Source of the DNA: Candidatus Hadarchaeota archaeon
GTDB lineage: Archaea; Hadarchaeota; Hadarchaeia; Hadarchaeales; JAGGTB01
Length of the DNA: 64,000 nt
Assembly: GCA_964384105.1 (NCBI GenBank)
Contig: CAYLJV010000002.1
Span: 100,687 to 164,686, forward strand
Direction of reading: 5' to 3'
Numbering within the stretch: position 1 is the first letter of the stretch; each line of letters starts with the position of its first letter. The notes under the pieces are model-generated. The model had not been told where the DNA came from. It saw only the letters and a list, made by a program, of their open reading frames with translations, and did no database searches. Below are positions 48,971 to 58,124 of the stretch, one piece after another. Both the position numbers and the translations under genes were made by a program.

Positions 48971-51122
48971 AATAAAATCCATCGGAGAAAATCGGATTTT
49001 AAAACTAGATTGTAAAAATTGCGAACAGGCTCCTTCTCTAAAAAGTAGCAAGTGCATGAAGGACATGCTAACTGTACTCGAGGAGCACGTAGATATCGAT
49101 AAAGCAGTGTTGGATGGAAATTACGTTCAGGAATATGATGAGAAGGATCTATCTCTCTTAAAGAATTTCGTTAAAGACCTCAAAGAGTCAATATACACTG
49201 CGCTAAAGAAAACAAGTCCGAAAGATTGTAGAGAATGCGAGGAAAAACGAAAGAAAAAGATAAGAGAAATTTGGAAGGAACTCAAGGAGAATCCAAGAAG
49301 AGGACTAGAACAACTTAAGCAATACAAATCTGAAACCAAGAAGAAATCGGAAAGTGGAGCAGAGAAGTGCAAAATTTGCAGGGGAAAATTCTCCGAAAAA
49401 GGCCTAAAACCAGCCCATAAGTCGCTATCTAAAAACGAACTAATCCAAAAAATCGTAGAGGCCGGGGAGAAAAAAGGTAAGAAAATATTCAATCCAACCG
49501 TCCGACCGAGGTTCCTTCGCTCTAAACTCAAACTAGAACCAATGAAAAAAGCGGAACTAGTCGATGCTTACGAAATTGGCGCGAGCAAAGTGAGAATATA
49601 TTATTCATCAGAAAGACTTCAGCACTTCTACTTTCTAATTCCACCTGAGTATAGATTATCCCCGAAGTACGTGGAGATCCTAGAAGAGGTGCGAAGAAAG
49701 CTTCTCAAATTAAAAGGAAGCCCCGACACAAGGCGAGCAAAGAAGGAGATCGAAAAGAAAGGCAGCGCGTTAATGAGAGATATTTGCCTTGAGAGAGAAT
49801 TAGATGCAGATAATGAAAAAATAAACAAACTCTCAAAATCCCTAGCCAAGTTTACCGCGGGACTGGGAATAGTAGATAACCTGTTATCAGACCCGAAAAT
49901 CCAAGATATATACGTAGATGCCCCGATAGAGAAGCTACCGGTCCACATATACCACCAAGACTACGAGGAATGTCTAACGAATGTTTTTCTAACTGAAGAA
50001 GACACTCAGATTCTAACATCTAAATTCAGATCAATAAGCGGCAGACCTTTCTCTGAAGCAAATCCAAAAATAGACCTCAACATGGAGGACGTTAGGATAA
50101 CTGCAATAAACAAGCCACTCAGTCCCGACGGGTTGGCACTCGCAATACGGAGACACAAATCCACACCCTGGACGCTCCCGCTATTTATAAAAAAAGATTT
50201 TCTCACACCAGAGGCAGCGGGATTATTGAGCCTACTCGTTGATTCGCAAGCTTCGATGCTGATCACTGGAAGCAGAGGAGCCGGGAAAACTTCCCTCCTG
50301 GGAGCACTAATGATCGAACTACTGCCGAAATACAGGATCATATGTTTAGAAGACACGGCCGAGTTACCCGTCAAGAAATTAAGAAAGCTTGGACACAAAA
50401 CTCAGAGACTGCAGGTCCGCCCATCTATCTCCGGATCTGAAATCGAAATGAACACCGAAGAAACACTCAGAACAGCTCTGAGGCTTGGCGAATCGGTTTT
50501 GATTATGGGTGAAGTCAGAGGACCCGAAGCAAAATCGCTTTACGAAGCCATGAGAATCGGAGCTGCTGGAAATTCTGTAATGGGTACAATACATGGATCC
50601 TCAGCAAAAGACGTCTTCGAGAGAGTAGTGTACGACCTAGAAATTCCTCCATCCTCCTTTAAGGCAACCGATGCGATAGCGGTTGCTTCTCCGATAAGAT
50701 CTAGGGGAAGCATCAAAAGAACTCGAAAACTAGTTCAGATCACAGAAGTCGGAAGTGATTGGGAAAATAATCCGATCAAAGAAGATGGGTTCAGAGATCT
50801 TCTCTCATATGACCCAAAAGAAGAGAAACTGAAAACCACTTCCCAACTGGATGACAACAAATCCATCTTGTTAAAGAAAATCGCCAAGAAATGGTCCATG
50901 AAAATTTCCGAGGTCAGAAAAAATCTAAAGCTCAGAACAAAGGTCCAGAGGAAAATGGTGGAAACTGCCTCCGAAACCGAAAATCCCGAGTTATTAGAAC
51001 CAAAAAACATCGTCAAATCAAATCTTCGTCTTCACAGTCATCTAGAAGAGGAGATCGGCAAAGGAAAAATCGACTATGGAGAAGTCTTTTCGAAATGGAA
51101 TGATTGGTTAAAAGGAGTATAG
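48951..51122 (+). CDS. type II/IV secretion or pilus assembly ATPase (VirB11/TadA/FlaI family) with Cys-rich N-terminus
   Basis: Walker A GSRGAGKTS, Asp box EDTAEL, Walker B IMGEVRG, His box GTIHG; CxxC pairs in the N-terminus; probable ATG at 48951. Confidence 0.9.
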   Translation: MVKIKNKIKSIGENRILKLDCKNCEQAPSLKSSKCMKDMLTVLEEHVDIDKAVLDGNYVQEYDEKDLSLLKNFVKDLKESIYTALKKTSPKDCRECEEKRKKKIREIWKELKENPRRGLEQLKQYKSETKKKSESGAEKCKICRGKFSEKGLKPAHKSLSKNELIQKIVEAGEKKGKKIFNPTVRPRFLRSKLKLEPMKKAELVDAYEIGASKVRIYYSSERLQHFYFLIPPEYRLSPKYVEILEEVRRKLLKLKGSPDTRRAKKEIEKKGSALMRDICLERELDADNEKINKLSKSLAKFTAGLGIVDNLLSDPKIQDIYVDAPIEKLPVHIYHQDYEECLTNVFLTEEDTQILTSKFRSISGRPFSEANPKIDLNMEDVRITAINKPLSPDGLALAIRRHKSTPWTLPLFIKKDFLTPEAAGLLSLLVDSQASMLITGSRGAGKTSLLGALMIELLPKYRIICLEDTAELPVKKLRKLGHKTQRLQVRPSISGSEIEMNTEETLRTALRLGESVLIMGEVRGPEAKSLYEAMRIGAAGNSVMGTIHGSSAKDVFERVVYDLEIPPSSFKATDAIAVASPIRSRGSIKRTRKLVQITEVGSDWENNPIKEDGFRDLLSYDPKEEKLKTTSQLDDNKSILLKKIAKKWSMKISEVRKNLKLRTKVQRKMVETASETENPELLEPKNIVKSNLRLHSHLEEEIGKGKIDYGEVFSKWNDWLKGV

Positions 51123-51125
51123 AAG

Positions 51126-52901
51126 ATGGAACTCGGTCAGTTGTACTTCCGATTATGCAAGATCGCGGGAAAGTCCAAAAAACTAAAATCTATTCAAAAG
51201 TCCCCGAAAGAGCTCGAAAATAATCTCGAAATTCTAAACTCGGAAGTTACAGGAGAGGAGATTATAGCTCTTGCATATTTAGTACTCCTAGCAGGACTCT
51301 CCTTTACAGCAATATTTCTAGCACTCGCCTGGTTTATCAAAATTTCATTTATTATACCGCTGACTACCGGTTTTTCCACTTTTCTTGTCTATTTCATAGT
51401 AGGATGGTATCCAAGTTGGAAGGCTCAGAACAGAAAAGCAAAGGAAATGAGAAGGATCCCCCAGTTACTCAACTATATCACTATTCTGCTAAAGATAACT
51501 CCAAACCTTGAGAAAGCAATCAAGTTTGCAGCCAGAAACTTGGAAAGATCACTTGGGAAAACTCTAAAAAAGGAATTCTGGCTACTCTGTATCAGCGAAT
51601 ATCCGGATGCGAGAGAAACTCTAACTCAAATCAGTGAAAAACTAGAGAAACAAAATTCTGGAACAAAGCGATCAATAGATCTAGTAAAGAGTTCTGTAAA
51701 AGAAAAAAATAGAGAAAGCCGGACCGAGATCCTCGATCAAGCCCTAAAAGCGAGTTTTCGAGAAGTCCGAAATCAGATGAAAAATTTTGCTTCAAACCTT
51801 CAACTACCTACTGTGGTTCTATATGGGGTAGGAGTTCTAATGCCACTTACTCTGCTGGCAATAATCCCAGTGCTATCATCAACTGGGATAAATATTGGTG
51901 GGAAAGAAATCGCATCTATTTATTGCATAATACTTCCCGTCAGTATACACTCGCTCAAAAAGCAAATTTTGTCAAAACGGCCCTCAGCCTTCTTTTCCTA
52001 CGATATACCCTCAAGAGACAACAAACTAAAGGCGACTTTGATATCTGTTACAGTGTTTATAGCACCCATATTATTGACATTCGTTTTAGACCTATCCCAC
52101 TATATGATAGTCTTCGTCTCACTCTGGAGTTTGACCACCGGAATATCCGTCTTCTGTTATCTAAATTCGGTTAAAACCTACAAGATCAGAAACAAAAATC
52201 TAAACCTGGAAAAAGAATTCTGCGAAACCCTCCTACAACTGGGATATCAGTTGAAAAACAAATATCCCGCTGAAGTAGCTTTTCGAAGGACCGCAAAGAT
52301 ATCCAAGGGAGGTGAGATATCAAAGGTTCTAGAAAAGACTTCGATAAACATCCAAACCAGAGGGATGGACACTTTCTCAGCTTTCTTTGACGAAGAGATC
52401 GGATCTTTGAAAGGAGTCTATTCAACTTCTATAAGAAATACTTTCAAGCTCCTAACAGACCTATTAAACCAGAGTTCCGAAGTCGCCGGAGAAGCCATTC
52501 TTCACTCTGCAAGACACCTGCAAAAACTGAGAGAAATAGAAAGGAAAATTCGGAGAACTCTAAGTGAAATTGTAAATTCAATGAAATCTGTATCTATATT
52601 TTTCGCTCCCTTCGTAGCTTCCGTAACAATAAAAATTCAACAGGTTGTTTCCAAAAGAACCAATGTCGTGCCGATCTTAGGTTCCGGCGTTCAAATCTCA
52701 CAATCCGTGCTGTTGGGTATCCTAGGTTTCTACACTCTTGCACTAACAATGCTACTATCAAGTTACATAGTAGAGATCGAACAAGGTGATGATAGATTAA
52801 AAAAGATGAGAGAAATATCCAACAATCTACCTATAGCTATGACAATATTCAGTTTTGGATTGATTATCGGGGATAAAGCAATCTCTTTAATGTCCATATA
52901 A
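51126..52901 (+). CDS. TadC/FlaJ-like (T2SSF) membrane platform protein, double-domain
   Basis: TM blocks alternating with two helical cytoplasmic domains (P.LEKAI.FAA; P.E.AF); immediately after the ATPase. Confidence 0.75.
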   Translation: MELGQLYFRLCKIAGKSKKLKSIQKSPKELENNLEILNSEVTGEEIIALAYLVLLAGLSFTAIFLALAWFIKISFIIPLTTGFSTFLVYFIVGWYPSWKAQNRKAKEMRRIPQLLNYITILLKITPNLEKAIKFAARNLERSLGKTLKKEFWLLCISEYPDARETLTQISEKLEKQNSGTKRSIDLVKSSVKEKNRESRTEILDQALKASFREVRNQMKNFASNLQLPTVVLYGVGVLMPLTLLAIIPVLSSTGINIGGKEIASIYCIILPVSIHSLKKQILSKRPSAFFSYDIPSRDNKLKATLISVTVFIAPILLTFVLDLSHYMIVFVSLWSLTTGISVFCYLNSVKTYKIRNKNLNLEKEFCETLLQLGYQLKNKYPAEVAFRRTAKISKGGEISKVLEKTSINIQTRGMDTFSAFFDEEIGSLKGVYSTSIRNTFKLLTDLLNQSSEVAGEAILHSARHLQKLREIERKIRRTLSEIVNSMKSVSIFFAPFVASVTIKIQQVVSKRTNVVPILGSGVQISQSVLLGILGFYTLALTMLLSSYIVEIEQGDDRLKKMREISNNLPIAMTIFSFGLIIGDKAISLMSI

Positions 52902-52952
52902 GGGGAAACACTCGCAAACTTTAATTATTTGGCCGGCTGAAAAGCTTACGGA

Positions 52953-53027
52953 GCGACCGTAGTCCAGTGGCTAAGACACCGGCTTGCCATGCCGGTAACC
53001 CGGGTTCAAATCCCGGCGGTCGCACCA
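52953..53027 (+). tRNA. tRNA-Gly(GCC); its 3' part forms attL
   Basis: GCGACCG/CGGTCGC acceptor stem, CCGGC-TTGCCAT-GCCGG anticodon arm, GGTTCAAATCC, CCA. Confidence 0.97.
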
Positions 53028-53402
53028 CAACTCTTTTTCAGAAAAAGCGTTAACGGAAAAATTAGAAGGCTCATTTTTCTTTTAGAGCGTTTCCTAAGAT
53101 TTTTGACAAATTTATATTCCCTTTTTAACCTCTTAGCGAAGTTGTTTTATCTCTCTTAAAATTGTTTTTTAGTTCGATCTCCGAAAAAACTCAAAAATCT
53201 AAAGAACGAAAAAAAAAATTCAATTCTCATTAATATCACTATTAAACAAAATTCCTTTCTCTAGCTCAAATTAAAGAAGAGTAACAGGATTCTATACACT
53301 TTAAAAAGATTGCAAGTAAAGTTTTGCCTTTTAAAATTAAAGGATTTCTTAAAAATGTTAATAGATAGTTTTACAAACTATTTTTTAGTTCAGGAAGGTT
53401 AA

Positions 53403-54290
53403 ATGGAATCAGAATCTTTAGGCGCATTTTTTTCGATTTTAGCGGCCATAAGTATCTCTATACGTTACTATTTTCTGAGAAAAACCATACATCTTAAAGG
53501 GGTAATATATTCAGTTTTTATTACCTTTTTGCTTGGAGCGTTATTTTTTATTCCGGTATCGATAATTTTGAATTATCCGAATTTCGAACTCCCTAAAATC
53601 GGTATAACAATCTTCGTTATATTGGGATTACTAGAATTTCTTATAGTCCGTTGCGAATTTGAAGGTATTAGACATATTGGTGCCTCAAAAACTTCGCCAA
53701 TAATAATGGGCTCTTTGCTTATTGCTTCACTGATTAGTGTTCTTTTTCTCGGAGAAAATGTTGAAATTCCGCATTGGATTGGAATTATCTTACTCTTTTC
53801 TGGGGTTGCAATAGTTAGCTACGAGTCTAACAAAAATAATCAGAAATCAGGAACTATCCTGTCAGTGGGTATTGTCTTTCCATTTATTGCTATGATACTG
53901 ATTGGAGTTGCAATTCCCCTAGTCAATTTGGGTTATTCCAAAGGTGTGCCTGTCACAATTGGATTAGCTATCACACAACTTGTGGCTCTCCTTATTCTGA
54001 CATTTTTCTCCCGATATAAAAGCTGGAATTTATCTAATTCTTTCAATACAGAGGAAAGGAGTTTATATTTTGGTGTTGGTGTCTCCTACGTTGTTTTTTA
54101 TTTATTTTTTTATTTCGCTCTTAGTATTGCACCTGTTTCAGTTGTATCCCCATTCAATGGAACAGGACCTCTATTTGTTCTGATAGTTTCATATCTTTTT
54201 TTGAAGCAACTTGAAAAAATTACCAAAATTTTAGTAGTTGGAATAATTTTGACAGTCTTGGGAGCAGTTCTCGTCGGAGTTTTTATGTAA
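53403..54290 (+). CDS. DMT/EamA family transporter (cargo)
   Basis: About 10 TM, two EamA repeats (G..KTSPI, FLGE; APVSVVSP, LFL...E); T-rich composition unlike the flanking genes. Confidence 0.85.
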   Translation: MESESLGAFFSILAAISISIRYYFLRKTIHLKGVIYSVFITFLLGALFFIPVSIILNYPNFELPKIGITIFVILGLLEFLIVRCEFEGIRHIGASKTSPIIMGSLLIASLISVLFLGENVEIPHWIGIILLFSGVAIVSYESNKNNQKSGTILSVGIVFPFIAMILIGVAIPLVNLGYSKGVPVTIGLAITQLVALLILTFFSRYKSWNLSNSFNTEERSLYFGVGVSYVVFYLFFYFALSIAPVSVVSPFNGTGPLFVLIVSYLFLKQLEKITKILVVGIILTVLGAVLVGVFM

Positions 54291-54784
54291 TTTTAGTTAT
54301 TTTCCATCTTCATCATATTTGTAAACCTATATGACTCATCTTTGAATTTCCATAAAAGAAAGTTTAATCTTTTCAGATAAATCTGTAGGTGTTAATATTT
54401 TTCTAAGGAATAGTCCGAAAGTTTTGATTTCCAAAGCTTGAGGAATTCTAAGTTATTGGCCTGTTATTCCAAGATTTTTAAACCTGCTTTCTCATAGACT
54501 TCTTTCAATCTCTCAGGAGAATAATCAGTATAATGTTTAGCTCTGACAGAACGTGGTATTCTACCACAGAAAGCGTCTATATGTTCTCCACTAACTCCTT
54601 GGTTTCTCATTTCTTTGGCAAACCATTTCCTCAAATCTTGTGGCGTGATAGTCTCAATATCTGCTTTCTTAGAATTTTTTCGAAAAATTCTATTTGATGA
54701 CCGAGCCCGTATAGAAAAGATTTCATCTTTGGTATCTCTCTCATTTAGATATTCTTTCAAATGAGTTTCGGCTTCCTCGTTATA

Positions 54785-54834
54785 GAAAGTCACGTAGGTT
54801 CTTTTAGTCGAAAGTCACGTAGGTTCTTTTAGTC
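54785..54834. repeat. perfect 25-bp tandem duplication frameshifting the integrase
   Basis: GAAAGTCACGTAGGTTCTTTTAGTC x2 (54785-54809, 54810-54834). Confidence 0.97.
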
Positions 54835-55344
54835 CTTGGGTTCTTCGCGGGAATCACCATCCTTTTCTCAAAATCTATATCCTCCTTAGTCAAATTGAAA
54901 AGCTCATTTCTTCTGAGCCCAGTCGTAGCAAACATCAACAGAACCGTTTTGTCCCGGAGAGACTCCATGGCTTCGTAAAGTTTCTGGACTTCTTCCTTTG
55001 AAGGCGGACTATCGTTACTCGGTTGGGGCTGTGGCATAGAGAGTTTTTCAGCTATATCCGTTCCTAAATGGTCTCGAGAGAACACTCTAAGTGATTTTAC
55101 TTTGTTAGCGTAAGTGGAGGGTGCATAGTCCTCTTTCCATTTTCTTAACCAATTCCTGATATCCTCTTTTCCAATCTTCCTGAGAGGCTTGTCTACAAAT
55201 TTCAAGAATTTTTCAATGTTTCGGATATGTTGTTTGACGGTTCTATCTGCAAGATTCTTGTCTATCTCTAACAATCCTCGGAATTCCTTTATTATTTCCT
55301 CGATTGAAGTTTTTTCGTAGACTTTTTTTCTAAAAAAGGTCTAT

Positions 55345-55393
55345 CCGGCTTGCCATGCCGGTAACCCTGGTTCAAATCCCGGCGGTCGCACCA
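55345..55393 (+). repeat. attR: duplicated 3' portion of tRNA-Gly
   Basis: CCGGCTTGCCATGCCGGTAACCCTGGTTCAAATCCCGGCGGTCGCACCA versus 52979-53027. Confidence 0.96.
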
Positions 55394-55586
55394 ATTTTCT
55401 TTCTAAAAGAGGATCAAAAAAAATTACGAGTATTCTTTGGTTTCCTCTAAAAACCGGGAAACTATCTAAGCGTAAAAAAGGATCCTCAAAGATATTGAAA
55501 TAAAAAATGGTCATTTTTAAATAAAAGTAAATATCATAATCTCTCCAGACTGAAAAGTCTATTTAAATTTCTTAGAGGTGGGGGAA

Positions 55587-55628
55587 ATGGCAAAAAAGAA
55601 AGAAAAGAAAAGCAAGAAGTCTAAATAG
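55587..55628 (+). CDS. putative 13-aa Lys-rich micropeptide MAKKKEKKSKKSK
   Basis: SD GAGGTG at 55575-55580 and TTTAAA box at 55562-55567 upstream; isolated in an intergenic region. Confidence 0.35.
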   Translation: MAKKKEKKSKKSK

Positions 55629-55948
55629 AATTTAATTGCTATTCTATAGTAAACGGACCTGTTAATTGAGATAGATCCGGAGAAAATCCAGGTATTAATT
55701 TATTTTAAGTTTATTTCTTGTCTAGAATGTTAGATAAAGTTTTATGGATGAAAAAATCGATTTTTTACTAAGAGCGACCATTCAAATTGCCTTGTGGAAT
55801 TTTAGAACTGTTTGAAACGGTTACAGTTAATATGAGTCCAGTCTCAAATTATAGGTGACCTATATTAAATCCCTAAATATTGCTTTAATTTGGAATCAAA
55901 AGCTAATTAGACGTTTTTGAGATTTTTTGTTATGGGTGTAACAAAATT

Positions 55949-58048
55949 TTACTTCAACTTCAACCTAGCGTCCAGAACTACCCCACCGGAGCCGAAAACT
56001 AAAAACGGATTAGCCTCTACTTCTCCAATTTCTGGGAAATCCTCAACCAGCTGAGACAATTTAACTAAAACATCTACCACAGCCTGGAGATCATAAGGTT
56101 CTTCACCTCTCTGCCCCTTAAGCAATTCGTCGATATACCTCGTATCGTCGATCATCTTACTCGCCTTTTCTCTATCGAGGGGAGAGATTCCATTTGAAAC
56201 ATCTCCGAAAACCTCTGTGTACTTTCCACCCAATCCAAACTTTATCAAATGCCCGTCCAAGATCTCCTCATAAACTGCCCCGATCAAAACTTCCTTACCC
56301 TCATTAAACATTGGCTGAAGGCAAACCCCATCAATACTGTCTTCTTCCAAACCCTGACTTCTTGAAAGGACTTCGTCGATCAATTGGCGATAAGAGGACT
56401 CTACCTCTTCTTCAGAAACGTCAAGACGGATTCCACCAACATCCGACTTGTGAGATACTTGAGGGGATTCTATCTTCATAGCCACCGGCCCATCCAATTT
56501 TTTGGACATTTCAACAGCCTCATCCGGGCTTGTAGCCGAATAACAATCAGACACGGGAATGTCGTAGGCCTTAAATACCTCGAAGGTTTTAACCAGGCCC
56601 AATAGCTTTTCCCCTCTCTCCTCGACCTCGGAAATTATCTGTTGGACCCTAGATCCGTCAACAGTGGTATCTCTCTCGGGTTCAGGAGTCGTAACCTCAT
56701 TATTCCTGTAACGCCACATCTCGGAAAGAACCTGGGCCGCCCTCTCGGGAGTTGAATAAAGGGGATGACCCCTCTTTTCCATCTCGATAACCTCGTCCAT
56801 AACAAACTCCCTACCGGTGCTCGCCAGTAAAATCGGCTTACCGCCGCTATCCACTTCGCCGAAAATGTCCACGTACTCACCGAGCCTCTCAGGCTGCAAC
56901 ACTATCAAAAATCCGCCAACGGTATCTTCAGATGAAACAATTTCAATCATGTTCCTTATCTTCTCGGGAGACTGGTCAAAAGTGAAATCGGCAGGATTGT
57001 ATCCTTCTATAACACCAGGCAATAACTCATCCATTTTATCTTTAGTATCCTCACTCAGCTCAGCGAGACCAAGACCCTCCTCATTTAGAGTATCTGTCGC
57101 GGTAATTCCCTGAGATCCGGAATAACTAGCAATCATAAATCTCCCAGATTCCGGCAAATTCTGTTTAGAAAAAGCACGAGCGATATCGAACAAGTGATCG
57201 TTATCTTCTGCCTGTATTATACCACTCTCCTCAAAAATCGTATCATATATCTGAGTCGGACCTCCGATAGCAGCAGTATGCGTTACAGCAGCAGCCTTGC
57301 CCTCCTTTGTCCTCGCACCTTTGAGAACCACAACTGGCTTTTCTTGAACAACCGCTCTAGCGGTTTTTAAGAACTCTCTCCCTCTCTTAATATCCTCCAG
57401 GTACATCGCGATTACATCGATCGTTTCCTCCTGTCCCATGTACTCGAGAATATCAGTCTCGTCGATGTCCATCTTGTTTCCGACAGTCGCAATAATACTG
57501 AAGTCCATTATCCTGCGGAGACCCCACAAAATGCCCGCGGCGTAAACACCCGCCTGGGCTATCAGTCCTACACTACCCGGTTTAAGCTCCCCAACCCGTC
57601 CTATAGACTGGCACATCCCGTTGTTCACATTTATGATTCCAGTACAGTTAGGACCTAAAACATGACAATCCTCGTACTCATCCAGCAGAATTTCCAAATC
57701 CTCCTTTATCTTCTTTCCCTTCTCCCCGGCCTCTCCAAAACCAGCCGCTTCAATCGTCACAAATTTGATTCCATTTTCGAAACATTCCCTAACGACTTCA
57801 GGAGTAATTTTAGCGGGTACTATCAAAACCGCAGCATCTACAGAAGGCCCGATATCCCCTACTATCCCATAAGCCTTGATGCCCTGAACCTTGTCCGCAC
57901 CGGGGTTAACCGGATAGAGATCTCCTCGAAAGCCGTGATTTATTAGATTATTGAGAACGTTGTAACCCAGCTTTCCCTCTTTATTCGAAGCACCCACAAC
58001 AGCCAAACTATCTGGACAAAAAAGCTTCTTTAAGTCCATCGGTAACAC
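55949..58048 (-). CDS. ADP-forming acyl-CoA synthetase, fused alpha-beta (Acd)
   Basis: AVVGAS, YPVNP, GF.E.G, GPNC.G, QAG, GNK.D, HT (alpha His), HKSDVGG (beta His), E.NP...DAR. Confidence 0.93.
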   Translation of the reverse strand: MLPMDLKKLFCPDSLAVVGASNKEGKLGYNVLNNLINHGFRGDLYPVNPGADKVQGIKAYGIVGDIGPSVDAAVLIVPAKITPEVVRECFENGIKFVTIEAAGFGEAGEKGKKIKEDLEILLDEYEDCHVLGPNCTGIINVNNGMCQSIGRVGELKPGSVGLIAQAGVYAAGILWGLRRIMDFSIIATVGNKMDIDETDILEYMGQEETIDVIAMYLEDIKRGREFLKTARAVVQEKPVVVLKGARTKEGKAAAVTHTAAIGGPTQIYDTIFEESGIIQAEDNDHLFDIARAFSKQNLPESGRFMIASYSGSQGITATDTLNEEGLGLAELSEDTKDKMDELLPGVIEGYNPADFTFDQSPEKIRNMIEIVSSEDTVGGFLIVLQPERLGEYVDIFGEVDSGGKPILLASTGREFVMDEVIEMEKRGHPLYSTPERAAQVLSEMWRYRNNEVTTPEPERDTTVDGSRVQQIISEVEERGEKLLGLVKTFEVFKAYDIPVSDCYSATSPDEAVEMSKKLDGPVAMKIESPQVSHKSDVGGIRLDVSEEEVESSYRQLIDEVLSRSQGLEEDSIDGVCLQPMFNEGKEVLIGAVYEEILDGHLIKFGLGGKYTEVFGDVSNGISPLDREKASKMIDDTRYIDELLKGQRGEEPYDLQAVVDVLVKLSQLVEDFPEIGEVEANPFLVFGSGGVVLDARLKLK

Positions 58049-58124
58049 CTAATCAAATACAAGACTTGTTTGCACGTATTTATGTACACATGGAAATCGG
58101 GAAATTTCCGAATTTTAATTATTC

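Larger units (their letters stand above)
52979..55393. mobile_element. decayed mini integrative element in tRNA-Gly (attL 52979-53027, attR 55345-55393)
   Basis: 49-bp direct repeat of the tRNA 3' part with 1 mismatch, flanking an AT-rich DMT gene and a broken tyrosine integrase. Confidence 0.92.
54464..55394 (-). pseudogene. tyrosine recombinase/integrase pseudogene
   Basis: TGLRRNEL, KNPRTKR, PQDLRKWF, KHY catalytic motifs split over two ORFs by a 25-bp duplication; frame extends through attR with one in-frame TAG at 55341-55343. Confidence 0.9.

Noticed and set aside
54785-54834. 25-bp direct repeat as a CRISPR remnant
   Set aside because: Two abutting copies with no spacer, inside integrase coding sequence.
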